63,202 nucleotides of DNA, filler included, from Octopus bimaculoides (GCF_001194135.2; 8 parts of 7 records of this genome joined end to end with filler, not necessarily neighbours in it), one strand, 5' to 3'. Shown: positions 1 to 14,228, numbered from the whole stretch's first letter. Numbers and translations: made by a program. Notes: generated from the letters alone by a model not told the origin.

Positions 1-450
1 TATATATATATATATATATATATATATGGATATGAATATATACAAACACACGAACGCAGGCACTCACACACATACAAACACACAAACGCAATATAGACAC
101 GCACAAGCGCGTGCTCACCGCATACACACACACAAACACACACACATATATCATGAAATTGTAGTTATCTCTAGGATTATGCTGAAGTTATTTCACGTGA
201 GAAAATTCAAACAAAATGGACTCCAAACAAACATATTTACAAAACACATCAACAAAAAGAAGCACGGAACTATGCATACAAAAGCAGTCATATATATATA
301 TATACTTACGCATACACATGTATATAAAAGTATTGTCCATATATAAATATATGTGTGTGTATGTTGTATTGTTTGCATGTGTCTGCCTGCGTAATAACAA
401 TTCAAATAACACAACCAGTAGTAAGAAATTATAACAACTTTATTTATTGT

Positions 451-842
451 ATGGCTGTATGTTAAGTAGCTTGCTTATCAACCACATGGTTCGGGGTTCA
501 GTCTCACTGTGTGGCAACTTGAGCAAGTGTCTTGTACTGTAGCGTGGGGCTGACCAAAGCCTTGTGAGTTGATTTGGTAGCCGGAAACTGAAAGAAGCTC
601 GTCGTATATATGTATATATGTGTTTTTGTATGTGTGTATTTGTGTGTCTGTGTTTGTCCCCTCCCAGAACATCGCTTGACATGCGATGCTGGTGCGTTTA
701 CGTCCCTGTAACTTAGCGGTTCGGCAAAAAGAGACCTATAGAATAAGTACTAGCCTACAAAGAATAACTCGGGTCGATTTGTTCGAGTAAAAAGTGGTGC
801 TCCAACAAGGCCACAGTCAAATGATTGAAACAAGTAAAAGAA
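451..842 (+). mobile_element. tRNA-derived SINE, family A (head, CORE-like block, internal microsatellite, conserved tail block)
   Basis: A-box-like TGGCTGT.TG and B-box-like GGTTCAGTC, then a GGCA(C/A)CTTG(G/A)GCAAGTGTCTT block resembling the CORE domain. More than 15 similar copies occur in the window. Confidence 0.85.
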
Positions 843-1863
843 TATATATNNNNNNNNNNNNNNNNNNNNNNNNNNNNNNNNNNNNNNNNNNNNNNNNNNN
901 NNNNNNNNNNNNNNNNNNNNNNNNNNNNNNNNNNNNNNNNNNNNNNNNNNNNNNNNNNNNNNNNNNNNNNNNNNNNNNNNNNNNNNNNNNNNNNNNNNNN
1001 NNNNNNNNNNNNNNNNNNNNNNNNNNNNNNNNNNNNNNNNNNNNNNNNNNNNNNNNNNNNNNNNNNNNNNNNNNNNNNNNNNNNNNNNNNNNNNNNNNNN
1101 NNNNNNNNNNNNNNNNNNNNNNNNNNNNNNNNNNNNNNNNNNNNNNNNNNNNNNNNNNNNNNNNNNNNNNNNNNNNNNNNNNNNNNNNNNNNNNNNNNNN
1201 NNNNNNNNNNNNNNNNNNNNNNNNNNNNNNNNNNNNNNNNNNNNNNNNNNNNNNNNNNNNNNNNNNNNNNNNNNNNNNNNNNNNNNNNNNNNNNNNNNNN
1301 NNNNNNNNNNNNNNNNNNNNNNNNNNNNNNNNNNNNNNNNNNNNNNNNNNNNNNNNNNNNNNNNNNNNNNNNNNNNNNNNNNNNNNNNNNNNNNNNNNNN
1401 NNNNNNNNNNNNNNNNNNNNNNNNNNNNNNNNNNNNNNNNNNNNNNNNNNNNNNNNNNNNNNNNNNNNNNNNNNNNNNNNNNNNNNNNNNNNNNNNNNNN
1501 NNNNNNNNNNNNNNNNNNNNNNNNNNNNNNNNNNNNNNNNNNNNNNNNNNNNNNNNNNNNNNNNNNNNNNNNNNNNNNNNNNNNNNNNNNNNNNNNNNNN
1601 NNNNNNNNNNNNNNNNNNNNNNNNNNNNNNNNNNNNNNNNNNNNNNNNNNNNNNNNNNNNNNNNNNNNNNNNNNNNNNNNNNNNNNNNNNNNNNNNNNNN
1701 NNNNNNNNNNNNNNNNNNNNNNNNNNNNNNNNNNNNNNNNNNNNNNNNNNNNNNNNNNNNNNNNNNNNNNNNNNNNNNNNNNNNNNNNNNNNNNNNNNNN
1801 NNNNNNNNNNNNNNNNNNNNNNNNNNNNNNNNNNNNNNNNNNNNNNNTATATATGTATATACA

Positions 1864-2032
1864 TACATACGACGGGCTTCTTTCAGTTTCCGTCTACCAA
1901 ACTCACTCACAGGGCTTTGGTCGGCCCGAGGCTATAGTAGAAGACACTTGCCCACGGTGCCACGCAGCGGGACTGAACCTGGAACCATGTGGTTGGTAGG
2001 CAAGCTACTTACCACACAGCCACTCCAGCGCC
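1864..2032 (-). mobile_element. SINE family A, head half
   Basis: Reverse complement of GGCGCTGGAGTGGCTGTGTGGTAAGTAGCTTGCC...GAAAGAAGCCCGTCG. Confidence 0.85.
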
Positions 2033-3323
2033 TATAAATGCTTTAATAATATTTCTGCCTTCAAACTTATATCTCCAAATGTTAAAACATTTTTCAAGTA
2101 ATATGATACCACATTGACATGTTGAAAAGTAACCCCAGGCTAAATACCCTACGACCAGAATGACAAAACCTCATGCTTCAAATCTTCCTCTGCCATCTGC
2201 AACTCATCCAGAATACTCTACTTCCTACTTGTGCAATCATCAATGCCAGCCTTTGCTTCCTTGGTATCACAATGTTATATCTACTTTAGCACAATCTCTC
2301 GTTCATGACACTATAATAACTACTGAGAAGCCGCTGTAAGGTTGATCCGAATGGTACGTAATTGTTTACTCTACTTTGTAACCCAAATGACATCCGCAAA
2401 ACACTGATCTTCTTCTCCTCGATGTCCATAGTTGACATACTGACATCGGACAGTGACAGGAACAACAAAACAATAGCGAGGATAGCATGCAGGTGTACCC
2501 AAACATTGAAGCAACCACATAATCTTGATTTGTAAACGTTCAAAAGCTATTTCTTAAGTTCTCTACTGGTTCTGAGATGGTAGTTTTAGATAGCATGAAG
2601 CGGATGAGTTTCCAGCAGCCACCGTCATTTGAGAAAATAATTTCTATTGGATTGGTTTGAAACTCATCGTTGCCCATGTCCTCAACAATCAGCCTCAACA
2701 AGCAATTGATCACGCTGTTAGATTCAGTCATCTTTGAAGTTTGTTAGTGGTAGCTGTCGCATGCTGGACACTGACTGATGTCCTCGGCACTCCATCTCTG
2801 CTGATATAACGTCCATGTCCATAGTGACGACAAAGAGAATTACCAAAATGGAGTATCAATTTCGGTAACTTCTTAAGTCACATTTTTGTAACCTGTACTA
2901 TACTGATGCGTGGTTCCAGAACTAAGTGTCATGTCATTTTGAAGGTATGGTAGTAATTAAGAATGAGGTCTTTAATTTTGCTGAGATTATAAACAAGGCG
3001 GCATTTTTAGATTATTTAGTCCTGAGAGCTTCTGGCTGGCGAAACACAATGATGTTGAAACAATCGGTTATCGAAGAGCCCGCTGTACTAATAAATCGAA
3101 CGAGTTATGAACACATATTCATCGTAAAGAAGAAGCTGTTCTCTTGTGACGAACATATTTACGTTCGAATATAACGGAATGTATAAAGATTAATTATGCA
3201 AGTCATCACTTTGAATCGTGCTGTTCACTGAGCATTCAAGATATGTGTATTTCAGAATGTGTACTTGTGTAAGTACATACGTAATTTCATATATATATAT
3301 ATATATGTGTGTATATATATATA

Positions 3324-3370
<47 letters not shown>

Positions 3371-3702
3371 TACATACATATGTGTGTGTCTGTNNNNNNN
3401 NNNNNNNNNNNNNNNNNNNNNNNNNNNNNNNNNNNNNNNNNNNNNNNNNNNNNNNNNNNNNNNNNNNNNNNNNNNNNNNNNNNNNNNNNNNNNNNNNNNN
3501 NNNNNNNNNNNNNNNNNNNNNNNNNNNNNNNNNNNNNNNNNNNNNNNNNNNNNNNNNNNNNNNNNNNNNNNNNNNNNNNNNNNNNNNNNNNNNNNNNNNN
3601 NNNNNNNNNNNNNNNNNNNNNNNNNNNNNNNNNNNNNNNNNNNNNNNNNNNNNNNNNNNNNNNNNNNNNNNNNNNNNNNNNNNNNNNNNNNNNNNNNNNN
3701 NN

Positions 3703-3739
<37 letters not shown>

Positions 3740-4419
3740 ATAAATCAGTTGTTTGCGATATTCTTGGAAATACATAAGTAGAAATGGGAGAAGGAAAAAT
3801 CATTAAATGCGTGAATCATATACAATCGACAGGAATTTATTCGTTAAAAATTTACTCAAATATTAATCTACTTATTGCTTATAGCAAGCATTAAGAATAT
3901 TAGCAGACATATTCATCATCTGTCACCTTCCTGCAATTAAAATATTATCAAAACGACAACTGCTTTATTGGTACTTAAAAGTATTGCTTGGTGAAGTTGT
4001 CGTTTATCATTTCATTGCGGGGAATATTTTCTATTGAAAGAGAAGTATTTTGGAAATATACTTTCATTTCTGATAACTTTGGCATTTAATCAAACTTATC
4101 AGTAAGAATACAAATTGAACCAACCAACATCTCTGTCAAAGTCTGTTAACAGGTGCGCCTCTACTTTGCCGCATCATATTTTGCAGAGCAAGAAAATGTC
4201 GGTTCAATCACACCTAACCATCTTAAAGTGAGGGTGGACATTGTGTCTCAAAATAAAATTTGGTGGTCACATGTTAACCCTTAAATTATGGACATCATTA
4301 GTTGGTGCATGTTTCAATGCAGAACAGCGTACATCATCTTTCAGACATTTTGGATGGATGCGTTCATCATCAAAGGAGAGTGAATATTTTACGCCATATT
4401 TCGATAACGAATTACTCTT

Positions 4420-4829
4420 TTTTACTCTTTTAATTGTTTCAGTAATTTGACTGCGGCCATGCTGGAGCACCGCCTTAAGTCGAGTAAATCGACGCCAATA
4501 CTTATTCTTTGTAAGCATAGTACTTATTCTATCGGTCTCTTTTGCCGAACCGCTAAGTTACGGGGACGTTAACACACCAGCATCGGTTGTCAAGCGATTT
4601 TGGGGGGACAAACACAGACGCACAAACATACACACGCACATACATATATATATATATACATATATACGACGGGCTTCTGGCAGTTTCAGTCTACCAAATC
4701 CACTCACAAAGATTTGGTCGGACCGAGGCTATAGTTGAAGACACTTGTCCAAGGTGCCACGGAGGGGGACTGAACCCGGAACCATGTGGTTCGTAGGCAG
4801 GCTACTTACCACACAGCCACTTCTACGCC
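4420..4829 (-). mobile_element. SINE family A, full length
   Basis: Head, (TA/CA)n spacer and tail block are collinear with the 451-842 copy. Confidence 0.9.
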
Positions 4830-6190
4830 TAATTGTAAATTATATTGTGGAAATGACTAAGAGTTATTATAGTTTTTGTAATTATTTAAAGTAAAGATAA
4901 CTATATAAATTACCCTTATGAAACATAGCTACATTTTCGTTTGGTGCCTGCATTATGTGTTTGGCCTACATTAAGCCATTTCCTGCCGTTTATGAGTTAA
5001 ACAAGATTCAAAGCTTCAGGACTGACCTGTGACCTCCGAGCAACAATAAAAGAAAATGCAACTATACCATTATTTTGCTATTCTGCAAACCGATTTCGAA
5101 GTTTTGTTTCTGAATTGAAAAATAATTCACGAGATCAGCTTTTTAACCACAGTTATGTTTTAACTTGCATAACTACTGAATGAGAAAGCTTGTTAGATAA
5201 AAAACATACTTCAAATATAATGCTTCATTAGTATTACTTCATTACAATACACATGAAATAAGATTCTCAACATCACAAAAATAAAGCTCTCAATAAAATA
5301 GGATAACCTAATTGGATAAACTAAGATTTCAGTCTACCAACGTAAGAAAATATAATTTTATAATGTTGCAAATAGATTATGTTAATTCTTATGATTATAT
5401 ATCGAAATTAAATCGGTGAAACTATCTTGAAGATGCTGGTTTATGGTACTGACGAGATAAATAAGTTATGGAAATGATTTCGAAGTGAAGGGTATATAAG
5501 ACAAAATCATGTTTTTTATATGTGCGAATGTACATGATGCGATATTTATTGTAAGCCTATTGTTCATATAATAAGATTTTTGCCGTTTACGTCATGGTTG
5601 TATCATATACTATTAGCTATCTGAGTATATTTAATGCAAATATTTCAGTTCTAAATACATTAAAGCTATGTAAAATTGTTGTGAATAATGCAACTTCATT
5701 AAACGTGCCTTCTTTAAAAGAGCACATACAGTTCAGCTAATATAATTAACGGGTGTCTTTCAAAATATATTGAGTTTTGAAATATATATCGAAACACATA
5801 TAGAAAACAATGGATATTACATAGGTCATAATGAAAACATTAATAAAGGTAAATATGTAAATGAATTTGATTCAAAATCGGTATTTATTTAAGTATCTCT
5901 TTCTGAAGAATAGCATCAGTAGCGATAGTTTCCAACTAACCAATCATTGGTTCATATTCTTTCTAACCGGGAATGTGACAAGGTCCTGTCAGGACAAATT
6001 GGCTGATAATGCTTGAATCGTTTGCTGATATAAATCCACATAAGATCATATAGTGGTTTAAAATCAGGTCTAAATTTATTGACTAGATATTATATTTAGA
6101 TACATATATACATGCATACATACATACATACATACGTGCATACACATATTTACATATATATACATTAATACGTACATACATACACATGTA

Positions 6191-6470
6191 TACAGGGTAT
6201 TCAGGCTAAATTTGTCGATTATTTATGGTGCCTTCTTTTTTCAGGAACAGCATGATGTATTGTAGAACAGTCAAAGACGTTGGAGTATAATTAAGTTGTA
6301 GCTGAGAAAACATTAGCTGACATGAAGGACTGGAAACCATCTAGATACTGGAGAAGAGTTACCTGTATTATGTTGATTGGCAGCAGGTATCAAAATGCCG
6401 ATATGATGAATGCTGCTCAATGCTCTGTGAACACACTAAAGGCTATAAGAAGCAACATGAACAACTGCAC
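6191..6470 (+). mobile_element. Tc1/mariner-superfamily (maT-like) transposon 5' fragment
   Basis: TA followed by the terminus CAGGGTATTCAGGCTAAATTTG, then MKDWKPSRYWRRVTCIMLIG...AAQCSVNTLKAIR. Homologous to 43810-44110, and the same terminus recurs at 49452-49477. Confidence 0.6.
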
Positions 6471-7681
6471 GAGGAATGTATATATGAGAAGTTTTGACTG
6501 CGTCTGCATGCCGGGGTTCGCACCCTCAACTTTGAACAGAGCCTTTTAGCTCAATTCGAATGATTATATGCAACTTAAGGGGACTGTGGAACTGCATAGA
6601 TGAATACATACATATACACGCAGACATACATTCACATACACGCACAATATATGTGAAGGTTTGTGTGTATGTATGAGCAAGAGATACCTAAAACAACGTA
6701 TCAAAATGCCATCTGCATCCACGAAAAAAATCACTGAGAGGTATTGAGGACCGTTATAGAAGTGGAAAAAAAAACAACAACGAAACGTCCTGCAAATCCA
6801 TATTATTTTATAAAAAACTATGAAGCAAGAAATGAAAATTTGAGGAAGCTAATTTCTACACAACAGCGATACTTCAGCTACATATTGGAAAAACGGATGT
6901 CACATGTTTACATTTGAAAGCTAATGTAATTTACACTATATTAAAATAATATTGGAAGAGATATTTTTCGTGATCCGAGAAAATTCTGAAATAAATATAC
7001 CTGATGCTGCATTCCCCCATCAATATTTTGTATGTAAAATAAACATAGATTTACTCTTTACAAAAATGCAAGAACACTTAATTCGTTTTCTACATCAAAT
7101 ATTGCTGCTCTTATAATTTACGAAATATTGTCATTAATCAGATGCGTATGAACTCCAAATACGTATTTTCACGCGCATTTATATACCCAATACAAAACGA
7201 TAGCATCTATTTAAAGATATATCATAGAAAAAGAAAATGTAGGTGATGTGCAGAAATTTCCTCATAGTGAATGAGAGAGAGGTAGACCCATGCAGAGAAG
7301 GGGAAGAAATAAATACGAGGATTTTTTTTTTTTTTTTTAAGGGAAGAAAGAAACAGACGAAATATTTTAAATCCAAAAATGATTCATCCCAATATTTAAA
7401 AGGTTTCTAATGATTTGACTATTGAGTTGGGGAAAAGGGTTGAAATAGATTATATCAAATGTGTTACATAAAAAATGTTAAGAAAATAAATCATATATAT
7501 TGTTATATATAGGAGAAGACGGACGCACAACCAGAGTGATGTATATTGATACATAGATAAAGATTTATAAGAGCAGGCATGGCTCTGGAATGAGACTGCG
7601 CGTGTACATATATATATACAATTGCATTTATACATATATATATTTATATTTTTTATAATGCATAAAGATATCTATATATTC

Positions 7682-7742
<61 letters not shown>

Positions 7743-7750
7743 TGTGTACA

Positions 7751-7887
7751 TCGGGATTCTTTCAATTTCCGTCTGCCAAATCCTCTCCCAAGGTTTTGGT
7801 CGGCCCGTGGCTAAAGTAGAAGATACTTGCCGGATGTACAATGCAGTGGGACTGAACTCGGAACCATGTAGTTAGGAATCAACTTCC
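7751..7887 (-). mobile_element. SINE family A, partial
   Basis: Matches the family A head region. Confidence 0.75.
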
Positions 7888-7904
7888 GGAGAGGGCTAGT
7901 CCAT

Positions 7905-8005
7905 TACATTGACCCCAGTAATCAAATTATACTTAGTTTTTCGATTCAGAAACAATAAAAGCCAAAGTCGACCTCGGTGGAATTTGAACTGAAAATGTAA
8001 GGACA
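7905..8005 (-). mobile_element. SINE family B, partial
   Basis: Reverse complement of TTCAAATTCCACCGAGGTCGACTTTGGCTTT...CTGGGGTCAAT. Confidence 0.7.
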
Positions 8006-8989
8006 GAGGAAACAGCATAAATATCCCTTCATACCAACGTTTGAGTCGCGCGCATATATGCATATACACGTATGGATGTGTTCATAAACAGAAATATTCC
8101 ATCCAGAATCGGTAGTCCTACACAATATATTTCGTCGGACTAACGATTATTGATAAAATATTTTTATTCATTTACCAACTTAATTTTGAGTTCTTTATTC
8201 TAAGCGGTCGGACATAGCTACTTCTGAACTTGTAACACCCTGGAATGATCCTATACGACTATATCTATAAATATGTATGTATCCCTCTATGTATCTATAT
8301 ACAAATATAACTAAATATATTCATATAGAAAGACACAGTTACAGATAAGCATATTTCTGGACGACTTGGATGACTATACGTATATTCATATATTTATTGA
8401 AGACCTGTACGCACATATACACTGCACTACACACACACACACACACACGCACACATACACACACACATACATATATATAAATATATATATATATATATAT
8501 GTATAAATGCAATTGTATATATACGTACACGCGCAGTCTCATTCCACATCTGTATTTATGTGTCTGTGTGTAGGTATACGTGTGTGTATGTGTATGTCTC
8601 ACTATGTGTTTACGCATGCATCCATGTATGTATGCGTATATGCACATGATATATAAGCACATAAACACATATACTCACACATTTATATACACGTACTTCT
8701 AAAATATTTTTATTGAAGAGTTGTTTTATATTTTCTCTTTATCACTAAACTAGAAATTTTTCTACAGCAAATAAACGTTATTAACTCGGTAAAAGTTTCA
8801 AGAATTTCAGAAAATAAATCGGCTATTCTTCCTCCAACATCTACAACCTAATTAGATAGTATTCATATGTGTCAGTTGTGATCTTCCATTGGCATTTTTC
8901 TTCTTTTTCTTTTTTCTTTTTTTTTTTGGTTTTTGATTTCTTTTTATCTTTAATATATTGATCTTTTTAATTGTCTTATTTCGTTTCTT

Positions 8990-9125
8990 CGATTTGTTTT
9001 AGTTCTTTATTTTGGGACTTTTATTCCCTATCCACTACGTCGTCTTCTCTCTTTCATTGATCTTCTTTGCCATTTTCTCATTCTGTTTGGAATTCAAGGA
9101 GATTCATTCACACATCCTGTTTTCT
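8990..9125 (-). other. Candidate terminal or non-coding exon of a minus-strand transcript (lower boundary arbitrary)
   Basis: Strong acceptor (T)n-AAACTTTCAG|A at 9125. All three frames stop within about 30 nt, and AATAAA motifs follow about 100 nt downstream. Confidence 0.25.
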
Positions 9126-9878
9126 CTGAAAGTTTAAAAAAAAAAAAAAATAATAAAAAAAAATGAAATGAAGAACAAAAATTAGCTCTTTCACGGCTTC
9201 TCAGTAGTGTCACGCCATCAGAATATAAACAGAGAAGAAAAGCTTGAAGAATAAGCTAACGACAGATCTGCTTATTGACGTTGATTGCATCGTTGTAACC
9301 TTTCCACTTAGGAGCTGCATCGTTGAGGAGGCATTCGGCTCCAGACATCAGTCCTCGGTTTTCCATTGATAACGGCCTCGACTGACGCCAGTTGGTTCCG
9401 ATTGTATTTGATTAGTGTTAATAACAATCGTAGCCTAAAGGTTTTCACCCAGAAGATNNNNNNNNNNNNNNNNNNNNNNNNNNNNNNNNNNNNNNNNNNN
9501 NNNNNNNNNNNNNNNNNNNNNNNNNNNNNNNNNNNNNNNNNNNNNNNNNNNNNNNNNNNNNNNNNNNNNNNNNNNNNNNNNNNNNNNNNNNNNNNNNNNN
9601 NNNNNNNNNNNNNNNNNNNNNNNNNNNNNNNNNNNNNNNNNNNNNNNNNNNNNNNNNNNNNNNNNNNNNNNNNNNNNNNNNNNNNNNNNNNNNNNNNNNN
9701 NNNNNNNNNNNNNNNNNNNNNNNNNNNNNNNNNNNNNNNNNNNNNNNNNNNNNNNNNNNNNNNNNNNNNNNNNNNNNNNNNNNNNNNNNNNNNNNNNNNN
9801 NNNNNNNNNNNNNNNNNNNNNNNNNNNNNNNNNNNNNNNNNNNNNNNNNNNNNNNNNNNNNNNNNNNNNNNNNNNNNN

Positions 9879-9930
<52 letters not shown>

Positions 9931-9977
9931 GATGTATGTATATATACTTGTATATATGTGTGCATGCGCATGTGTAC

Positions 9978-10009
<32 letters not shown>

Positions 10010-10065
10010 ATGTATGTATGTATGTGTGTGCGTGTGTGTGTGTGAGTGTGTGAGTGTCTCTCCTC

Positions 10066-10117
<52 letters not shown>

Positions 10118-10376
10118 TGTATATGTTTATATCGACGCACACAGATTTGTTATACATGCGCATATATATGATGTAAAATATAAGTGCATTACCAATCTAG
10201 TGATACTGATTAGATTTGCTACGTGAACATTGAGATTCGCATACTCATTCAAATAGCTTAATGTTTGGTATTCACTGAAAGACTGTTCGTATAAAATACA
10301 CCTCTACTTCTCTATATACATATGGGTACACACATAAATGCATACATACACGCATAAATGTGCATGTATCTAAGTT

Positions 10377-10459
<83 letters not shown>

Positions 10460-10865
10460 GTGTGCGTGTTTGTATGTGAATGTGCGTGTGTGTATACGTA
10501 TATATACATTTATAATATNNNNNNNNNNNNNNNNNNNNNNNNNNNNNNNNNNNNNNNNNNNNNNNNNNNNNNNNNNNNNNNNNNNNNNNNNNNNNNNNNN
10601 NNNNNNNNNNNNNNNNNNNNNNNNNNNNNNNNNNNNNNNNNNNNNNNNNNNNNNNNNNNNNNNNNNNNNNNNNNNNNNNNNNNNNNNNNNNNNNNNNNNN
10701 NNNNNNNNNNNNNNNNNNNNNNNNNNNNNNNNNNNNNNNNNNNNNNNNNNNNNNNNNNNNNNNNNNNNNNNNNNNNNNNNNNNNNNNNNNNNNNNNNNNN
10801 NNNNNNNNNNNNNNNNNNNNNNNNNNNNNNNNNNNNNNNNNTATATAAATATAAATATATATATG

Positions 10866-10903
<38 letters not shown>

Positions 10904-11062
10904 CATATGCATGCATACATATATATACATATATACATATACATATATATATATATAAACACATATGTGCCTATGTACATGTATGCATTTATGTTTGTTT
11001 ATACGCCTCTAGGTAGATGTATATATATATACATATATATACATCTACCTAGAGGCGTATAA

Positions 11063-11119
<57 letters not shown>

Positions 11120-11295
11120 TGTGTGAGTGCGTAGGTATGCGTGTAAGTACATATGCATTCTTGTATATGTATTTATATGTATATATGCATGTATGCTGCA
11201 TATTTACTTCTGTATACAACTATGCTTGTGTATACAATTTACTATTTTTGTAGTCGTATATCCATAGCTATATGCAAAGAGGTGTGTGTATGTGC

Positions 11296-11332
<37 letters not shown>

Positions 11333-12048
11333 CGATTGTCATATGTATATATATATGTGTAAATGAAGTATGTTTACAGAACAAGACAAAGCACACTCAC
11401 ACGCACACGCACATGAACACACCTACGTGCAAGGGAAAAAGGGACAGGCAGCAAAAAAGAAGACGAGATTGAAAGTCAGTAAAGGTTGTGTGTGTTACAG
11501 TTACTTAATAGTTGGTATCTCGTTCTTGAACTTCTTAGCACTGCAAGCATTTCCTCTTCATGCAAGCATTATATAATATCTCTTCATCAGGCACTACCGT
11601 TCCTTAGAGGTTAATGCCAGCTATGAATAATAAATAACTAGCAGCAGTAGTTTTAGACATGTGAACAGCAAAGTCTATTAAATGTAGGCTTCAGACATAG
11701 ATGCAAGTTTGTATTTTTTACTTATTTACTGTGAAAAATAACAGTCGAGAAAGATTACTGACCAGCAACATTTTTGAAATCACCTTTGCACTACACACAC
11801 ACAGATACGTACATTCCATATCCCCCACACCTATACACACGCATATATTGGCGCACATACATAGTCGTTCATGTGTATGTGCTTATTATATGTCTACGTA
11901 TCTTTATGTTTTACGGTACAGTAATCACTCGCCATATTGCGGTTCACCTATTGGCGCCCTCTCTACATAGCAGATTCTTCTGGCTGGTATATGTAAATTT
12001 ATATCGTGGTCTCCTCAGTATATTACGTGTCTGTGCGGCCGATAGATA

Positions 12049-12246
12049 CTCTTTTACTTGTTTCAGTCACTTGACTGCGGCCATGCTGGAGCACCACCTT
12101 TAGTCAAGCAAATCGACCCCAGGACTTATTCTTTGTAAGTGTAGTACTTATTCTATCGGTCTTTTTGCCGAACCGCTACTTGACGGGGACCTAAACACAC
12201 CAGCATCGGTTGTCAAGCGATGTTGGTGGGGACAAACACAGACACA
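12049..12246 (-). mobile_element. SINE family A, tail block
   Basis: Matches the tail TGTGTTTGTCCCC...GCGGTTCGGCAAAAAGACCGATAGAATAAGTAC...GAAACAAGTAAAAGAG. Confidence 0.85.
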
Positions 12247-12250
12247 CAAT

Positions 12251-12309
<59 letters not shown>

Positions 12310-12488
12310 ACAAAGTAAAGTTGTAAGATACCACACGAGTGGAAATATATGTGAAAGAAGGTTTGAAAATGCAATTTTAAAGATGCTTATTCACTTTAGC
12401 GGTTTCACTTTTTTAGAAAAAGATTGTCAAAAGTAAAATATAAAGCTGTATATAAGCTTTGTAGTGTTAAGTACAGGTTGTCACAAAG

Positions 12489-12640
12489 GTATTAAAATAC
12501 ATATATACATTCTCTGATAATAATAAGAAAATGTTAAAAACAGTTTCAGTATTAAAATACAGAAATAAAAATACATATATATATTCTTTGCTAATAATAG
12601 AAAATGTTAAAAAGCAGTTTAAGTATTAAAATACATATAT
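12489..12640. repeat. Imperfect AT-rich tandem duplication (about 65-75 bp unit)
   Basis: GTATTAAAATACATATAT...ATAATA(A)GAAAATGTTAAAAA(G)CAGTTT occurs twice, followed by a third partial start. Confidence 0.7.
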
Positions 12641-13165
12641 TTAAGAATTTATAAAATATTGGAGAGGAACTGACCCATCTTTTTAACATGTTTTCTCTCT
12701 TGTGTGTAAGCTAGGGGATGTTGGCTATTTTAAAGGACAGTGTGGGAGGCTGGTTGGAGTGGGAGGCTGGTTGGAGTGGGAGGAAGGAAGAGCAATGTAG
12801 AATTAAAAGGATTTTTTTGTGTTGTTTTATGGGCTAGTCTGTCATGGTTCAGTGGTGTTTGGAACTGGTCTTAGAGGTCAGAATGTCTCTGTGCACGTCT
12901 CTATGTGTGTGTAAATATACGTGTCTGTGTCTGTGCGTGTGGGCCGTTTTTCATTGGTCCCAAAGTTTATTGTAGCGTGCGTATATGTGTGCACGCTTGT
13001 GTGTATGTGTGTGTGTTTGAGAGCAACCGTATGTATGTGTGAGGGTGCGTATGTATGAGTGCGTTTGTGTGTGTGTGTGTGTATGTTTGTGTGCTTGGTG
13101 TTGATAGGGGTGTTATGTATGGGTGCGGGAGTGTGTGTGTACGCGGTTTGTGTGTGTGTCTCTGT

Positions 13166-13320
13166 TTCTTTCAGTTTCTGTGTAGCAAATCCACTCACGA
13201 GGCTTTGGTCGGCCCGAGGCTATAGAACAAGACACTTGCTCAAGGTGCCACGCAGTGGGACTGACCCCGGGACCATGTGGTTGGTAGGCAAGCTACTTAC
13301 CGCACAGCCACACCTGCGCC
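13166..13320 (-). mobile_element. SINE family A, head half
   Basis: Reverse complement of GGCGCAGGTGTGGCTGTGCGGTAAGTAGCTTGCC... Confidence 0.85.
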
Positions 13321-13399
13321 GATTTATATTTTTTTTAGATTTTAATTATTTCTGTGGTATAATAAGCATTTTCACGCCTAAAAATTAATATATTAATAA

Positions 13400-13683
13400 A
13401 CAAAAATACAGCACAGTACTGGACCGTACAAGACACTCATTAAAATATGTTAAAAGAAAATACGTAGTGTACCGTTGATGAGTAAAGAATCGCAAATACT
13501 GTATGGAAAACGAAATTCGGTAGGCGAGTGTATGGTGTTGTTTTGCATTTATAATAAAATAAATACATACAAATTATAAAAGTAACGACGGAAAATATAC
13601 AGCACTGTTTCTATTTTGTGGATTTTCAACTATCGCGAGGAGTTTTGGAACGTAGCACCCGCAATAGTCCAGAGTATACTGTA
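13400..13683. mobile_element. pogo/Tigger-like non-autonomous DNA transposon end (left boundary approximate)
   Basis: Ends ...TATCGCGAGGAGTTTTGGAACGTAGCACCCGCAATAGTCCAGAGTATACTG followed by TA. A CAGT terminus with TA flank is typical of pogo/Tigger MITEs. Confidence 0.5.
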
Positions 13684-13711
13684 TTTCATATTTCAAAACT
13701 TAAAATGAAAT

Positions 13712-13900
13712 TATTTACATTATTTACATTATTTACCCTTGACGGACATTTGTCCTCATCTTGTTTGTTGCTAACACAAAGATTCGGCTGATATACCCTC
13801 ATGCCTTCATGTCTTGGGGAAATTTCGGACCTTGGTTCTGTCAAATGTAAATAATGTAAATAATGTACATGATTTCTCATCTCTTAAATATAGAATTGTA
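13712..13900 (-). mobile_element. Hammerhead-bearing repeat family H, decayed copy with an inverted second terminus
   Basis: 13712-13836 aligns to 29610-29740. The ribozyme core is broken by a 5-nt deletion (CAGGT) and substitutions in GAAACG. 13837-13868 is an inverted copy of the same terminus. Confidence 0.75.
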
Positions 13901-14228
13901 TTAAAATGAAATATTGTATCTTAATGTAAATTATTTTTAAAAAGGCACAGGAAATTCAGCTTATACTTTTGCCTTTCCTCTGTATCCGAGACGATACACA
14001 TGACAGACCATCCGGGCGTCCAAGCAACTTGTATGACACACATTCTCAATTTTTTACGTCTATCAGAGTAACTTCGGACTTATGCAAAAGAAGCTTTATA
14101 TTTCTCTCAGAACATATAATACAATGGCTAACTAAAAGTTTGAACACCAGAATAGACGTTTAGAAGAGACTTATGAAAATGCTTTCGACAGGCAAAATGA
14201 TTATATAGGTAGACAGAGAGACAGACAA

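Noticed and set aside
750-1999. Long ORFs in the supplied track that span N runs (also at 9.4, 24.8, 29.7, 42.3 and 57.7 kb)
   Set aside because: They are artefacts of translating gaps as X.
2286-2731. ORFs with a signal-peptide-like hydrophobic stretch
   Set aside because: No splice sites or recognisable domain. The sequence is more likely decayed repeat.
3010-3065. Hammerhead-like motif CTGAGA...GAAACA...TGTT
   Set aside because: The core lacks N7, stem II is only 2 bp, and stem I needs a 3-nt bulge. This is compatible with chance.
9256-9366. 36-aa minus-strand ORF MENRGLMSGAEC...
   Set aside because: Too short, with no homology I can recognise and no supporting structure.
11545-11597. 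CTGATGAAGAG motif on the minus strand
   Set aside because: Stems II and III cannot be formed. At most it is a scrambled remnant.
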